In this document: in pieces, positions 51,918 to 64,000 of the stretch | How the letters are laid out: the number at the start of each line of letters is the position of its first letter | Numbering within the stretch: position 1 is the stretch's first letter | Assembly (NCBI RefSeq): GCF_006345805.1 | Contig: NC_042997.1 | Span: 121,768,001-121,832,000 of the forward strand | From: Octopus sinensis | Taxonomy: Eukaryota | Length of the DNA: 64,000 nucleotides | Reading direction: 5' to 3' | Program-made: the position numbers and the translations under genes | Notes under the pieces: model-generated | Databases searched by the model: none | Seen by the model: the letters and a program-made list of their open reading frames with translations, nothing else | What the model was told of the DNA's origin: nothing

Positions 51918-52325
51918 GGCGCAGGAGTGGCTATGTGGTAAGTAGCTTGCTTACCAACCACATGGTTCCGGGTTCAGTCACACTGCGTGGCATCTTGGGC
52001 AAGTGTCTTCTACTATAGCCTCGGGCCTACCAAAACCTTGTGAGTGGATTTGGTAGACGGAAACTGAAAGAGGCCCGTCGTACATATAAATGTATATATA
52101 TAAGTGTGTGTGTGTAGGTTTGTGTGTCTGTGTCACCCCAGCATCGTTTGACAACTGATGCTGGTGTGTTTGCGTCCCCGTTACTTAGCGGTTCGGCAAA
52201 AACTGACCGATAGAATAAGTAGTAGGCTTACAAAGAATAAGTCGTGGGGTCGATTTGCTCAACTAAAGGCGATGCTCCAGTATGGCCGCAGTCAAATGAA
52301 TGAAACAAATAAAAGAATAAAAGAG
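51918..52325 (+). mobile_element. tRNA-derived SINE family A, full copy (internal TA/TG tract)
   Basis: A/B-box head ggcgcaggagtggctatgtggtaag...ggttcagtc, cttgggcaagtgtcttct core, conserved tail ending in aaaagaat repeats. Homologous copies at ~1608-2465 (rearranged), 19020-19380(-), 34420-34750(-), 39865-42490(+), 58665-58993(-), 59943-60387(-), 63276-63710(-). Confidence 0.85.
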
Positions 52326-53184
52326 AAGTATATATGTCTGCCTGTGTACACGTACACACACACACACACAGACGAAGGTAAAGGCACAATGTTTCAAAGA
52401 GTAACCGACGCCAAGTGGTGAAGGATAATATGTTTATGACAGCTGAATTCTTACATCTAGTAATTCGAATCTCCCGTTCGTCAGCGGAACATTAAAATTC
52501 CACTAGCAAGACATGTTGACAGTTGTCATAAGTAACTCTCATCCATTGACATAGAGAACTACTTAGAACTTTTCGTCCGTACCTGCGTACACTATATGCG
52601 TTAACTAAACCTGACAAGATAGGTGAGGAAAAATTTGAGAGAGACTTCGTAGTTACGGCCTGCTGACCTTTCTCTGCCTTTCGGAAAAAGAAGCAAACCG
52701 AAACTTTGAAGTCAATGTCATCCTTTTCCTTGTAAGATTATAAACTCTCCTAAGAGCAATGAATAATCTTCCTGCTTAACCTGAAATTCCTTTACCATAT
52801 AAATTCGAGCGCGCACACGTAGTACCTAGCTGCATGTATGTAACTGTGAATATATGTATACATCGATATATACGCATTACTATATACATAAGTAGATATG
52901 GTATATATACAGCGACGTGCTGGTATAATCGTTACCGCACCGGATCTGAGTTCAAATGCTGCCGGCATCGTCTTTGCTTTTCATACTTTGAAGGTCCAAA
53001 AGACAATAAGTATGATTTGTGCACGGGGATCGATGTAATCGCTTTACTCTCTACATGACCTTGCCGGTATTGTGTTTGAAACCAACATATATAAAAATGC
53101 ATGAAATCGTCTTTTAAGCCACCGTTTAAATCATCTTTTAAACACGCGCTCGCGCCCACAAACACACACACACACGTATCATTG

Positions 53185-53761
53185 TTAAAGAGGATAACAA
53201 ACGTTGAGCCAAGGCAAACATCTTACGTCATATACATTATTATTTTTCGAAAAAAATTTTAAAGTCTTACAGCTGTTTTGGGGATAACCCAGAGTATGTG
53301 ATATTCCGTCATCGGAAACAAATAGGGAAAATGAGAGAGGTATAGATTAATGGAATGCAGACATACAGAAAAGGAATAAAGGAATAAAAAGATAAAGAAA
53401 GAGAAGAAAAATAAGCATAAAGACTTGATTGATTGATTCTAGTTTCAGCTCACGAGCTGTGGCCATGCTGGGGCACCGCCATTTGGACGTATTTCTAAAA
53501 GATCGGAATGTTGAACTGTGAACTTTTATGCTTCTATTTTCTTCTCTTTCTTCATCGTCTTATTCTTTTACTCCTGTTCTCTATGGCGTCATTTCATTAA
53601 TCTATACCCTTCTCATTTTCCCTATTTGTCTCCGATGACAGAATATCCCATACACTGGGATATCCCAGAAACAGCTGTAAGACTTTGAATTTTTCCCCAA
53701 TAATAATAATGTATATGACTTGAGATGTTTGCCTTGCCTTAACGTTTATTGTCCTCTTTAA
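53185..53761. repeat. Inverted repeat, ~240-bp arms, ~100-bp spacer
   Basis: ttaaagagga...aaagtcttacagctgttt...aaatagggaaaatgaga pairs with tctcattttccctattt...aaacagctgtaagacttt...tcctctttaa. Confidence 0.9.
53628..53683 (+). ncRNA. Type I hammerhead-like motif in the arm of an inverted repeat
   Basis: GUCU-CCGAUGA-cagaAUAUCCCA-uacac-UGGGAUAUccca-GAAAC-AGCUGUA-AGAC. Stem I GUCU/AGAC, palindromic ACAGCUGU stem III, GUA triplet; the stem II junction is non-canonical. Confidence 0.55.
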
Positions 53762-53906
53762 TAAATATATATCTGCTATATCGGAGATCTGCAATGGCTC
53801 CATAACTACCATCTCGGCTATAACCTTGGAACCCTAGTAATCCGTTACAGCACTTACCTAGCTTACCTAATCGTTTAGATCACTTGTGAACTAAACACCC
53901 ATAATT

Positions 53907-53937
<31 letters not shown>

Positions 53938-54768
53938 GATTATATATATATTAGAAGAAATGAGGTAATCAGAAAATCGGATGGTTCATATTTACAGATA
54001 TTTATTTATATATTACATTTTTTACATATCAAAACAAAAAAGATCATTAGCGCTTTCTCCCATTGTAGTGGGGTTTTCAAATCAAAATATATATATATAT
54101 ATATAAACATAGAGAGAGAGATAGTTCTATTATACAATAAGATACTATAAATGAATTCACCTCAACATATCTGTTTTATATGCTTGCCACTGATAACATT
54201 TGTTACGATTTTATCCTTTATTATTATTATTATTACACACACACACACATATCTCTATATATTCACCTATACACACGCACACAAACACACACACACATGT
54301 ATATTCACCCAATACAAATACTTGTAACTCAAACAGAAAATGACAATAACACTAGAGTACAGACAATGGAATGACATCACTGTTACTAAAACAGAATGCG
54401 GAACCATTGACCTGACACAAGTTTCTAAAACTCTCGAAGTCAAGCGACAGTTACAATATAATGAATTTGATAGACAGGAAATGTGCGCAACAAACCGATG
54501 GAAAAATCAACCCTTCTTTTGCCTTTAAAAAAATGAATGGCAAAATACACAGGAAATATATCGAAGCAACGAAGCAAAATATTCAAAATAATATGCGATT
54601 GAATTCGATAAAAACAAATTTTAGAAATATATATACTTCTACTATAAACAAATTATATATATATACACACACACACACACCACACACACATACACATGTA
54701 TACACACACATACACATATACACACACATGCACACGCACACACATATATATCTATATATACATATATG

Positions 54769-54804
<36 letters not shown>

Positions 54805-55049
54805 AGAGAGACATTCGAAAGCAAATGAAAAGAGAACACTCGAAATGAATAATACTAGGAATAACAGTAAACACTCTAAACCAACCAATGAAATAAGTAG
54901 CCATAGCTGATAGAATCGTAAAAAACAATTTAACAAAAGTACAACAGACACATGCTGAAGCAAAGGAAACGTGAACAAAAATGAAGCCATCACTGAAACA
55001 CAAAGGAACAGTTAATAGCTGTTGGTTCTCACTTGATCATGGCTGTTAG

Positions 55050-55613
55050 ATTAAAACTGCATTTACATATATATAGTAATGCTTGGTCTGTTATCCACAG
55101 ACCTAACAGTAATTCCTTCTTTTCCATTAATAAAAGGGAAAGAATATTAGGATTCGTAACTCACGAGCCTGCGTATGGAATTCTCGCTTTGGCTCTTTGG
55201 GGATTGCTGTGTCTGCTGAAGCCAACAAAAAAGTGATAATTTGTGTAAAGGTATAATAGTGAGTCCTGGTACTGTTTATTGTCGAGTGCCTTTTTCTACC
55301 GTAGTAAGCCTCAATTTTTGCTCTTGTCCTCTTTTACCCTAGTAAGTCTTTTACGTCAGCAGTGAGAGCAATCATGTGAAATATCCTTCTATGTATCGAC
55401 ATACATGTTCAGTGATTTGTAACACATTTTTAGGTAATTTGATCTCTTGCTGTAGGCTAGCTCCCTAAGTAGTAGACATTTGAGATTTTACGGGGCCAAT
55501 TTATGCAGTAATATAGAGGAGAGCTTTGTCTCAATAGGTACACCTGATTTGCTGAAAGTATTTCGAGTTGTAACGTTCGAAGCATGTGAGGCGCTGGTGT
55601 TGTTTAGAGTAGG

Positions 55614-55655
<42 letters not shown>

Positions 55656-56200
55656 CTTCATGATTGTGGAGCCAACGTATGTGAACATGTGGACTACATC
55701 TAGTTTTTGAGAGGAAAATGCCGTAGAGTGTTCAAAATCTTTCTCAAATAGTTTGCTATACCGATGAACATACTAAAATAATAATAGGTGTGAGACAAAC
55801 TGTTCACGAAGCATCACAGTTGTTCTTTCGTGTGTCGTAGCAAAGCTTTGTTGTTAATGATACTTCATAGGCAAACAGCCATGCACTGCAGAATTCTTGT
55901 CGGTTGTTCAGTCAGATATTTCAGCCATCAATATGTTTGCCTGTTTCTTTGTTGTTCTACTTCGTAAAGGTTTACAGAGATGCTGTTTTAATTTTGGTTG
56001 GTTCTCAGAACTCTTTGCTCACATCAAAAATGGTATCATTTTCAGAGAATGCCAAAATGGCTTCACATAGTTGACGTCAGGACTCATTTGCAGTGTCTGC
56101 AATTTTGTGGTTTATCCTGCTTGTCTTAGCTATGGGTTATTCTGCTTGCTATGTCCTTAGTCCTTTCAAAATTTTCGGAGTGGCGTGGCATTTGTATTCT
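55050..56200 (-). mobile_element. Heavily decayed RTE-clade LINE fragment
   Basis: LDVVHMFTYVGSTIMKNLSL...VPIETKL resembles the RTE motif LEVV-x2-FTYLGSTI-x2-NLSL...TK. Boundaries uncertain. Confidence 0.55.
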
Positions 56201-57104
56201 ATTAGTGTACAGTGTGTAAAAACACACACACACACACATACAAATATACATAGATGCATACATATATTGATATTTACATAGAGAAATTCTAAAACAAAGA
56301 CACGCACACGTGGAACCAAATATGACGTGACCAACAGTATCAACAAAAATCCAAGAATAATTACAATATGAACAGTACTGACTTTACAATTTGCATAAAC
56401 TACATCATACATATTATCAACTATTTCTAATAGAAAATATCAGCAGATGATTACAGTCTCTTTTCAGCAGATAAAATTTTATGAGATTTGAGGAAACGCT
56501 GATATCTGCTAAAATCAGTGACTTGTTTGACAAGGCACCTCTATTATAGCTATTTTAAGTCATTCTCAGAATATCCTTTTCAAAGCAGTCGTGAAAGCGT
56601 CATTTTCTGTTCAATTAGTAAAACATGTAGACAGTATTTGTCAATCCCACTGTGATGTTTGTTTAAAAAGAAAAAAACAAAAGAAAACAAAAAAGAACTA
56701 CTACACTTGATACGCCACACATTATGGCCCTACAAAAATGTAGCTCATTGCATATTACTATGCTACGGTATAAGCATTGTGCATGAAATTATCGCTATTA
56801 GTCAAAACTATAACGAAGTTAATCAATAGAGAAAAAGACCTTTAACCCTCAAACAACTCACGGAGAAATTTCTACCAGAGATCAATATAAGCCCTATATA
56901 TACATATATATATGTGTGCGTGTGCGTGTGTGTATATATAACACACAATAAAAGAGTGAAAAACTACAGAAGGCTTGTGTTATATGGTTAAAGAATATAT
57001 TTATATATACTCTTTAACCTTATAACACAAGCCTTCTGTAGTTTTTTCACCCTTTTTTGTCTTTTATACATCCAACCACGTGCTTTCACATACCAACTCT
57101 TTCT

Positions 57105-57200
<96 letters not shown>

Positions 57201-57963
57201 ATTCACTGAATGCGATACTTAATACAAATGTAAAGTATTCTTTAGTACATTATAGCTGAAAGGGTCCGATTTCCAGTACTCAGCATTACTCGTTTTTGAT
57301 CATCAGCTGTAATACACACACACACACACACGGGCGCTCGCGTGCTTTCTTTGCTATATAGGAAAGAAGTTGATTTATTCATCTATCATTCAACAGAATT
57401 TTAGATAACTGAACTGAATGAAGCAATGTTCATTATTAATGTTAATACAAAACAGAAGAAGTGTATTAATCGAAAGTTGAACGCTTGATTTAAAGAAAAA
57501 ACTTTAAGGACCCATTTATCCATTTTATTATGAAAACATAAAAGTGTTAGAAAAGATCAACTGCGATTTTGCGTGTTTTCCATTGGATGACATGAATATA
57601 GTGGATATAAAAACCTAAAGATGGTTGTGAGAAGAAATGACTTTCAAAATCTCCTCTGAATAAATTATTTAGCCACATAATGAATTAAATCTTTCGAAGA
57701 TCCCCGAGCTTATGTTTCGAAATTGGTAACAGTTTTTATATTGGATTTATGGAAATAAATACATTTATGGCTAATATCTAAAACACCCTGTATGTTTATA
57801 TCTCTTCAGAATGGCACTTGGTATACATAAATACATACATACATACATATTTGTATGTCGCTCTTAACGATCGTTTTAGCCGATTATGAACATATATTCA
57901 AGCTTGTTCTAGCTAGATTCATTGTAATGTTGTAACGCGTTAGTTTTTAGCGGTCTATTATAT

Positions 57964-58038
<75 letters not shown>

Positions 58039-58083
58039 TATATAGTAGAATAACAAAAAGAAAGCTATTATATATTTGAAAAT

Positions 58084-58245
58084 ATGAGTAGAGATGGATT
58101 TTGGGGGTGATGGTTTTTATTTTAATAATAATGTTTCAAGCGAGTTACTCTGATATGAGTTTCAAGCTTGAAATAGCCGTTTTCAAACTGAAAATGTATG
58201 TTTTACTGCTTAAATAGCAAATCATTCAAAATAGCAATATATATA

Positions 58246-58303
<58 letters not shown>

Positions 58304-58524
58304 ATACAACAGCATGTGTTCTGGCTTCTTATATACACATGCTTTGGTATATTTTTATATAAATTTTGAGGTATTTAAAATTTTTTGGTATTTAAGCAAC
58401 CAGTAAAACATATTTTTCAGTCTGAAAACGGCTATATGATGCTTGAAACTCATACAAATGTAACTCACTGTAAATATTATTGCTAAAATAAAAATTATCC
58501 CGCAAAAAAGCCATCTCTACTCAT
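58084..58524. repeat. Inverted repeat around a (TA)n tract
   Basis: atgagtagagatgg/ccatctctactcat; tatgagtttcaagc/gcttgaaactcata; tagccgttttca/tgaaaacggcta. Confidence 0.8.
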
Positions 58525-58665
58525 CCACTCCATCTAAATTGAGGATCAGATACTGCAAAAGTCTAGGGTTCAAAGGCCCACAGCTCTTCAATGCACTGTC
58601 ACAAAATTTAAGAAATATGCATAAGGTGGAAGTAGGTGTCTTCAAAAAGTAACTAGAAACCCTCC
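58525..58665 (+). mobile_element. CR1-like LINE 3' fragment
   Basis: RYCKSLGFKGPQLFNAL...VGVFKK*L, homologous to 43680-43900. Confidence 0.6.
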
Positions 58666-58756
58666 AGCATCGGTTGTGAAGCGATGTTGGGGGAACAAAC
58701 ACAGACACATAAACATATACACACGCATACATACATACATACATACATACATACAT

Positions 58757-58832
<76 letters not shown>

Positions 58833-58992
58833 CGACGGGCTTCTTTCAGTTTCCGTCTACCAGATACACTTACAAGGTTTTGGTCGGCCCGGGGCTATAG
58901 TAGAAGACACTTGCCAAGGTGCCACGCAGTGAGACGGAACTCGGAACCAAGCGGTTCTAAGCATGCTACTTACCACACACCCACTCCTACGC

Positions 58993-59053
<61 letters not shown>

Positions 59054-59107
59054 CATACATACATACGTACATACATATAGATATATATACATATACACAT
59101 ATATGTA

Positions 59108-59157
<50 letters not shown>

Positions 59158-59712
59158 ATGAAGATGATGAATACGAATTTTCCCCAGAAATTGTGTTTTG
59201 ATATATTTAGTGTATTCACCCCACCCAGCACTTATTTTCGACATTAGCCTGCGATTTCAGAAATATTTTTGCTGTTTCTCTAGTAAATGAAACGATTAGT
59301 TATAGATTAGTTATAGTTTCTCTTCACATGTTTCATGATTTATCAATTATAGATCCCATCACTAATTAGTTAGAAAACGAAGTTAATAAACTAATTCTCA
59401 CAAGTAACATGTGCAAGATAGGTGAAGGGTTACTGGATATGATGGACTTTGATCAGGACACATATTTGCTGTGAGATGAGTTCGTATGCATGTGGGAGTC
59501 AATGCCCTTTATATTCATTCCATCTAAAAGTAGTTAATGAGTCTTAGAGATTCTGTGAAAAACATTTTGTTTCATCTGAACATAATGGTTGATTTACAAT
59601 TTTCTTTTTCTGTTATTGAGGGTTTTTTTCGTGTGTTTTTATAGATAATGTTGCATCATTCGAGATAAAAATGCTCTTGAAAGTACAGAGATGCATGCAT
59701 AAATATACTTAC

Positions 59713-59820
59713 TCTTCTGAGACCTTCATCCACCCGCAATTCATAGACATCCAGTTTGTAATCTCTTCGTCGTCCTTGTTCGTCGAAAGCCACTCTTCCA
59801 GACAAACCTCTGATATCGAC
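59713..59820 (-). CDS. GRIA: AMPA-type iGluR exon (end of amino-terminal domain)
   Basis: ttttag|GTC...AGA|gtaagt; 108 nt, phase 0/0; VDIRGLSGRVAFDEQGRRRDYKLDVYELRVDEGLRR matches the iGluR ATD motif GLTG-x-I-x-FD-xx-G-x-R-x-NY. Not in the ORF track in this frame. Confidence 0.93.
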
Positions 59821-59942
59821 CTAAAATATATTTGAAATTTCGATAATACTGTGTGAGGCAAAAACTACATTTCAGTATAAAATTTGTAACATTAGAAGAA
59901 ATAGCACTTAACAGAATTAAAATATTCGGCAAAATGGTTACT

Positions 59943-60167
59943 CTCTTTACTCTTTTACATGTTTCAATCATTTGACAGTGACCATGCGAGAGCATTGCCT
60001 TTAGTCGAGCAAATAGACCCCCAGGACGTATTCTTTGTAAGCCAAATACTTATTCTATCGGTCTCCTTTGCTGAACCTCTAAGTTACGGGGACGTAAAAA
60101 CACCAGCATCGGTTCTCAAGCGATGTCGGGGGACAAACATAGACACAGAAACATACATACACATACT

Positions 60168-60208
<41 letters not shown>

Positions 60209-60387
60209 GACGGGCTTCTTTCAGTTTCTGTCTACCAAATCCACTCACGAGGCTTTGGTCGGCGCGAGGCTATAGTAGAAGACACTTGCCCAACGTACCA
60301 CGCAGTGGGACTGAGCCCGGAACCGTGTAGTTCGTAAGGAAGCAACTTACCACTTCGTAAGGAAGCAACACAGCCACTCCTGCGCCT
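59943..60387 (-). mobile_element. SINE family A copy
   Basis: Reverse complement of the family A head and tail; internal cttcgtaaggaagcaac-type short duplication. Confidence 0.8.
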
Positions 60388-61169
60388 TATGGTTAGGTTA
60401 TTCAGCTCACAAACATAAGGTCGAAAGTTCGATACCTGGTGCCGCAATTGTTTCCTTGATCTAGACACTTCATTTCACGTTGCTCTACTCCACTCAGCTG
60501 GGAAAATATGTGTAGTAGCTATATATATCAAAGGGAAAGCCCTGTTATATTCTTTGTCACACTGAATGTCCCTCAGAATTATATTACGTGTATATGTGTC
60601 TGTAGAGTGCCCAGCCACTTGCACATTAACTTCATGAGGAGGCTTTTGCGGTGTCGGATTCAATTCAACACTCATCGTCGTAAACGACGGTGTGCCAGTA
60701 GTATTCACATATCTAAATACTCATGGATATAGATTCAAGTAAACATTTGCACGAGAAAGACAACAAAATGAAGGCGAGGAAACAGAAAAAAAATGAAGGA
60801 AAATAATGTAGATATAACAACAGGTTAGATGCATGAAGACTTTGATTCTTTTCTTCATCAGCTAACATATCCACGTAACCTAATGATTAATATTTGAATG
60901 AGACAATATTTCAGTCTTTGTCTGTCTGTTTGTAGTATGTCTGTCTGTATGTATGTCTGTCTTCTGTCTGTCTGTATGTCTCACTCTCTCTCTCTCTCTA
61001 CTTCGTGGTTATTCCTTTCAACTTTGTTTCCTCTTCTCGAAGAGGGAAAGAAAGCGAAAGAAAAAGAGAGGAAGATAGAGAACAGTATGTCATTCAGAGA
61101 TAGAGAATGAATATCACAGAAGATGCATAAAACTTTACATAGACACATATATACATTATATATCTGAGT

Positions 61170-61285
61170 GCATGTATGGATGCATGTATGTATGTATGTA
61201 TGTATGTATGTATGTATGTATGTATGTATGTATGTATGTATGTATGTATGTATGTATGCATGTATGTATGTATGTATGCATGCAT
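61170..61285. repeat. (ATGT)n microsatellite
   Basis: Directly visible. Confidence 0.9.
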
Positions 61286-61718
61286 CTATGTGTAGTAGCA
61301 GGATGTGCCTAGGGTCAGACATTCTATTCTGCCATTACAGACAAGCTGGTAATTATAGATTTTGTTTCTATGTTGATACATAGCAATACGTAACGGTTAG
61401 ATTTTTTAATATATTACATAATACGGTTACATAACATTTCACTATAAGTAGCACTGTTTGCTTCTTACAATTTTTTAGCGTTCTCATTAGGAACAAGCAT
61501 AGTAGACATTTTTAAGACTATAGTTGCGCTGTTTCAAACTTACATTCATCACCATATCGAAGAGGTACACTAAAATGATGGACAAAAAAAGGCATCATAA
61601 TTTCTTTTTATAAAATTTAGAGGTGTATATTTTCCCGGTTATGTTTTGTGGCCATCCCTAATGATGCAGTTATTTTTCCATCGATTACCACAAACACACA
61701 CACATACAAACATACATA

Positions 61719-61920
61719 CACGAGGGGTGCTGAAGTTCCTGGTTTCGGGTACAAGAACATACAGGAGGATCAGTTAATTACGATTTTATTCAACATATTT
61801 CCCTCACAAATCCACACGTGTATTGCAGCAGTCCTTCCTTGTAAAAGAACTCGGAAGTTTAGGTTTCCAACCAGACGTTTTGCGGTACCGTTAAAGCTAG
61901 ACCGGTTTCACTTTTGAAAA
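61719..61920. mobile_element. Mariner end remnant
   Basis: TA followed by cgaggggtgctgaagttcctgg and attttattcaacatatt, resembling a mariner TIR and 3' end; no partner TIR found. Confidence 0.45.
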
Positions 61921-61986
61921 AAAAAATGATTTTCAAAAGTATAGACCAACGAAAGAAGCAAGCATACATACATATATATATATATG

Positions 61987-62059
<73 letters not shown>

Positions 62060-62741
62060 CAGACAGAGATAGACAGACAGGGTGAGATAAATACCCCTAT
62101 GAGTAAACTTTTGAAACTATAGTTTGTAACATATATCACACGTGGGGGCATATGATCATCCTTGCAGTCTGGACAAGGTAACTTATTGACTTATTTCTAT
62201 AAGTGACTAATTCTATAACTTGATTAACAGGTCAACACGCTGTTGTGTGTAGTTCCCTTCCACCGGTGTATCGCATGCATTTTGTACATATCGTCTAAAA
62301 GAAGGATGTGTTTTTCGATGCTGAAAACAAAAGCAATCAGATATTCACGTTCAAATCTGACAAAATGTATTACAATTGAAAAGATATATTATGGTTTGAA
62401 GGTTCACCGTTCTGTGCTCGCCTCATGTAATGATTCAGTAACATTTATAGCAATTTAACTTTTAATTTACGATGTGATAGTAAACTTTAGTGTTCAATTC
62501 AAAACTTGTTACAGACAAATTCATTTAGTTAATAAAATCGATGAAGTAAATAATCTCTAAAAGTTGCACGAAACCCATCGACGTGCGCGCGTGTGAAAGT
62601 GGAGAGCTGAGCAGGATGTTATTGTTTCGATTACAAGACCGGCGGCGTAATTTATCCTTTTGCTTCGTAGGTTATTTCACGTCGCTTCAACCTTAGCAGT
62701 TACTGAAAACCTGCTCGGTGAAAGAGAAGACGTCTCGCCCC

Positions 62742-62970
62742 TCGAGCTGGCAGAAACGTTAGCAGGCCGAGCGAAATGCTTAGCTGTATTTCGTCTGGCG
62801 TTACGTTCTGAGTTCAAATTCCGCCGAGGTCGACTATGCCTTTCATCCTTTCGGGGGTCGATAAATTAAGTACCAGTTACACACTGGAGTCGATGTAATC
62901 GACTTAATCCCTTTGTCTGTGCTTGTTTGTCCCCTAAATGTCTAGCCCCTTGTAGGCAATAAAGAAATAA
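62742..62970 (+). mobile_element. SINE family B copy
   Basis: gagctggcagaaacgttagc...ttctgagttcaaattccgccgaggtcgac...aataaagaaata. Confidence 0.85.
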
Positions 62971-63275
62971 GTTATTATATCCAGGCTACGCCGCTGCATC
63001 AAATGTAGGAGTGTCGTGAATGCGTTTACATCTGCTCACGAAAACTTAACCATCTCACGCAATTAGCGAAATCATAGTACATAGTATCAAGTCATACACA
63101 TTTTCAAAGGAAGTCTATAGTATTTGTTTCTACGCACACACAAACAGACACATATAGTAAGTAAATGGAGTTAAATCCATGCCGTGTCTTTACGAAACAC
63201 AACTACATATTCCAGTGCTCAGAATATACTTGTAGATATCACAATTAATATGAGAGTCGAAACTGCTGGAAGTAC

Positions 63276-63503
63276 TCTCTTCTACTTGTTTCAGTCATTT
63301 GACTGCGGCCATGCTGGAACACCGACTTTAGTTGAGCAAATCGACCCCAGGGTTTATTCTTTGGAAGCGTAGTACTTATTCTATCAGTCTCCTTTTGCCG
63401 AACCGCTAAGTTACGGGGACGTAAACACACCAGCACCGGTTGTCAAGTGATGCTGGAGAGACAAGAACAGACAAAGAAACATATACAGACACACACGTAT
63501 ATA

Positions 63504-63541
<38 letters not shown>

Positions 63542-63710
63542 CATATATATAACGATGGGCTTCTTTCAGTTTCTGTCTACCAAATCCACTCACAAGGCTT
63601 TGGTCTGACCGAGGCTATAGTAGAAGACACTTGCCCAAGGTGCCACGCAGTGGGACTGAACCCGGAACCATGTGGTTGGTAAGCAAGCTACTTACCACAC
63701 AGCCACTCCT
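63276..63710 (-). mobile_element. SINE family A copy
   Basis: Reverse complement of the 51918-52325 element along its whole length. Confidence 0.85.
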
Positions 63711-64000
63711 GTCAAATATTAGAAAATGCTGTTTGCTGAGAAGTTGCATATCAAAACAGAAAACTGGAAAAGTGCTTTTTGGTATCCTTTATTCTCCACC
63801 ACATATGTTTCATAACTAATACGAGTTACGTAGTTATACATGTAGAAAGTCATGTAAAACATCTACTAGTAATTATTCAGACCGAAAATTATAATGCGGG
63901 TTATTTAAAAGCATTATTTGAATTGTCGAATAGGGAAATGTTTCACATGTTTTCCTACATGTAAACCTATGTTACTCGTATTAGTAATGGGGATCAGATA

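Overview
AT-rich, microsatellite- and SINE-dense animal DNA; the repeat landscape suggests an octopus/coleoid cephalopod (inference). The window lies inside one large minus-strand gene, an AMPA-type (GRIA-like) ionotropic glutamate receptor. I traced 8 consecutive GT-AG exons by hand (59713-59820, 30584-30694, 24139-24211, 19478-19617, 16193-16397, 15339-15489, 7553-7751, 3474-3718). They splice with matching phases into 1232 nt of open frame running from the end of the ATD through S1, M1, the M2 pore loop, M3 and most of S2. Four of these exons are absent from, or in the wrong frame in, the ORF track. The 5' ATD exons and the flip/flop-equivalent/M4 exons are outside the window. The Q/R-equivalent codon is genomic CAG and the R/G-equivalent codon is AG|n at the exon end, so both are editable A-to-I. 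The introns hold a decayed intronless NPC1 copy, a full-length (1287 bp) dead mariner, CR1-like, RTE-like and Penelope-like retroelement fragments, several SINE families, a 2.3 kb higher-order minisatellite grown inside a SINE, and a 100-N gap. Less obvious are several minimal type I hammerhead ribozyme motifs with palindromic stem III (one with an intact core, in the sense strand of the receptor pre-mRNA) and a series of 0.1-1 kb fold-back palindromes. Most ORF-track entries are microsatellite or SINE artefacts.
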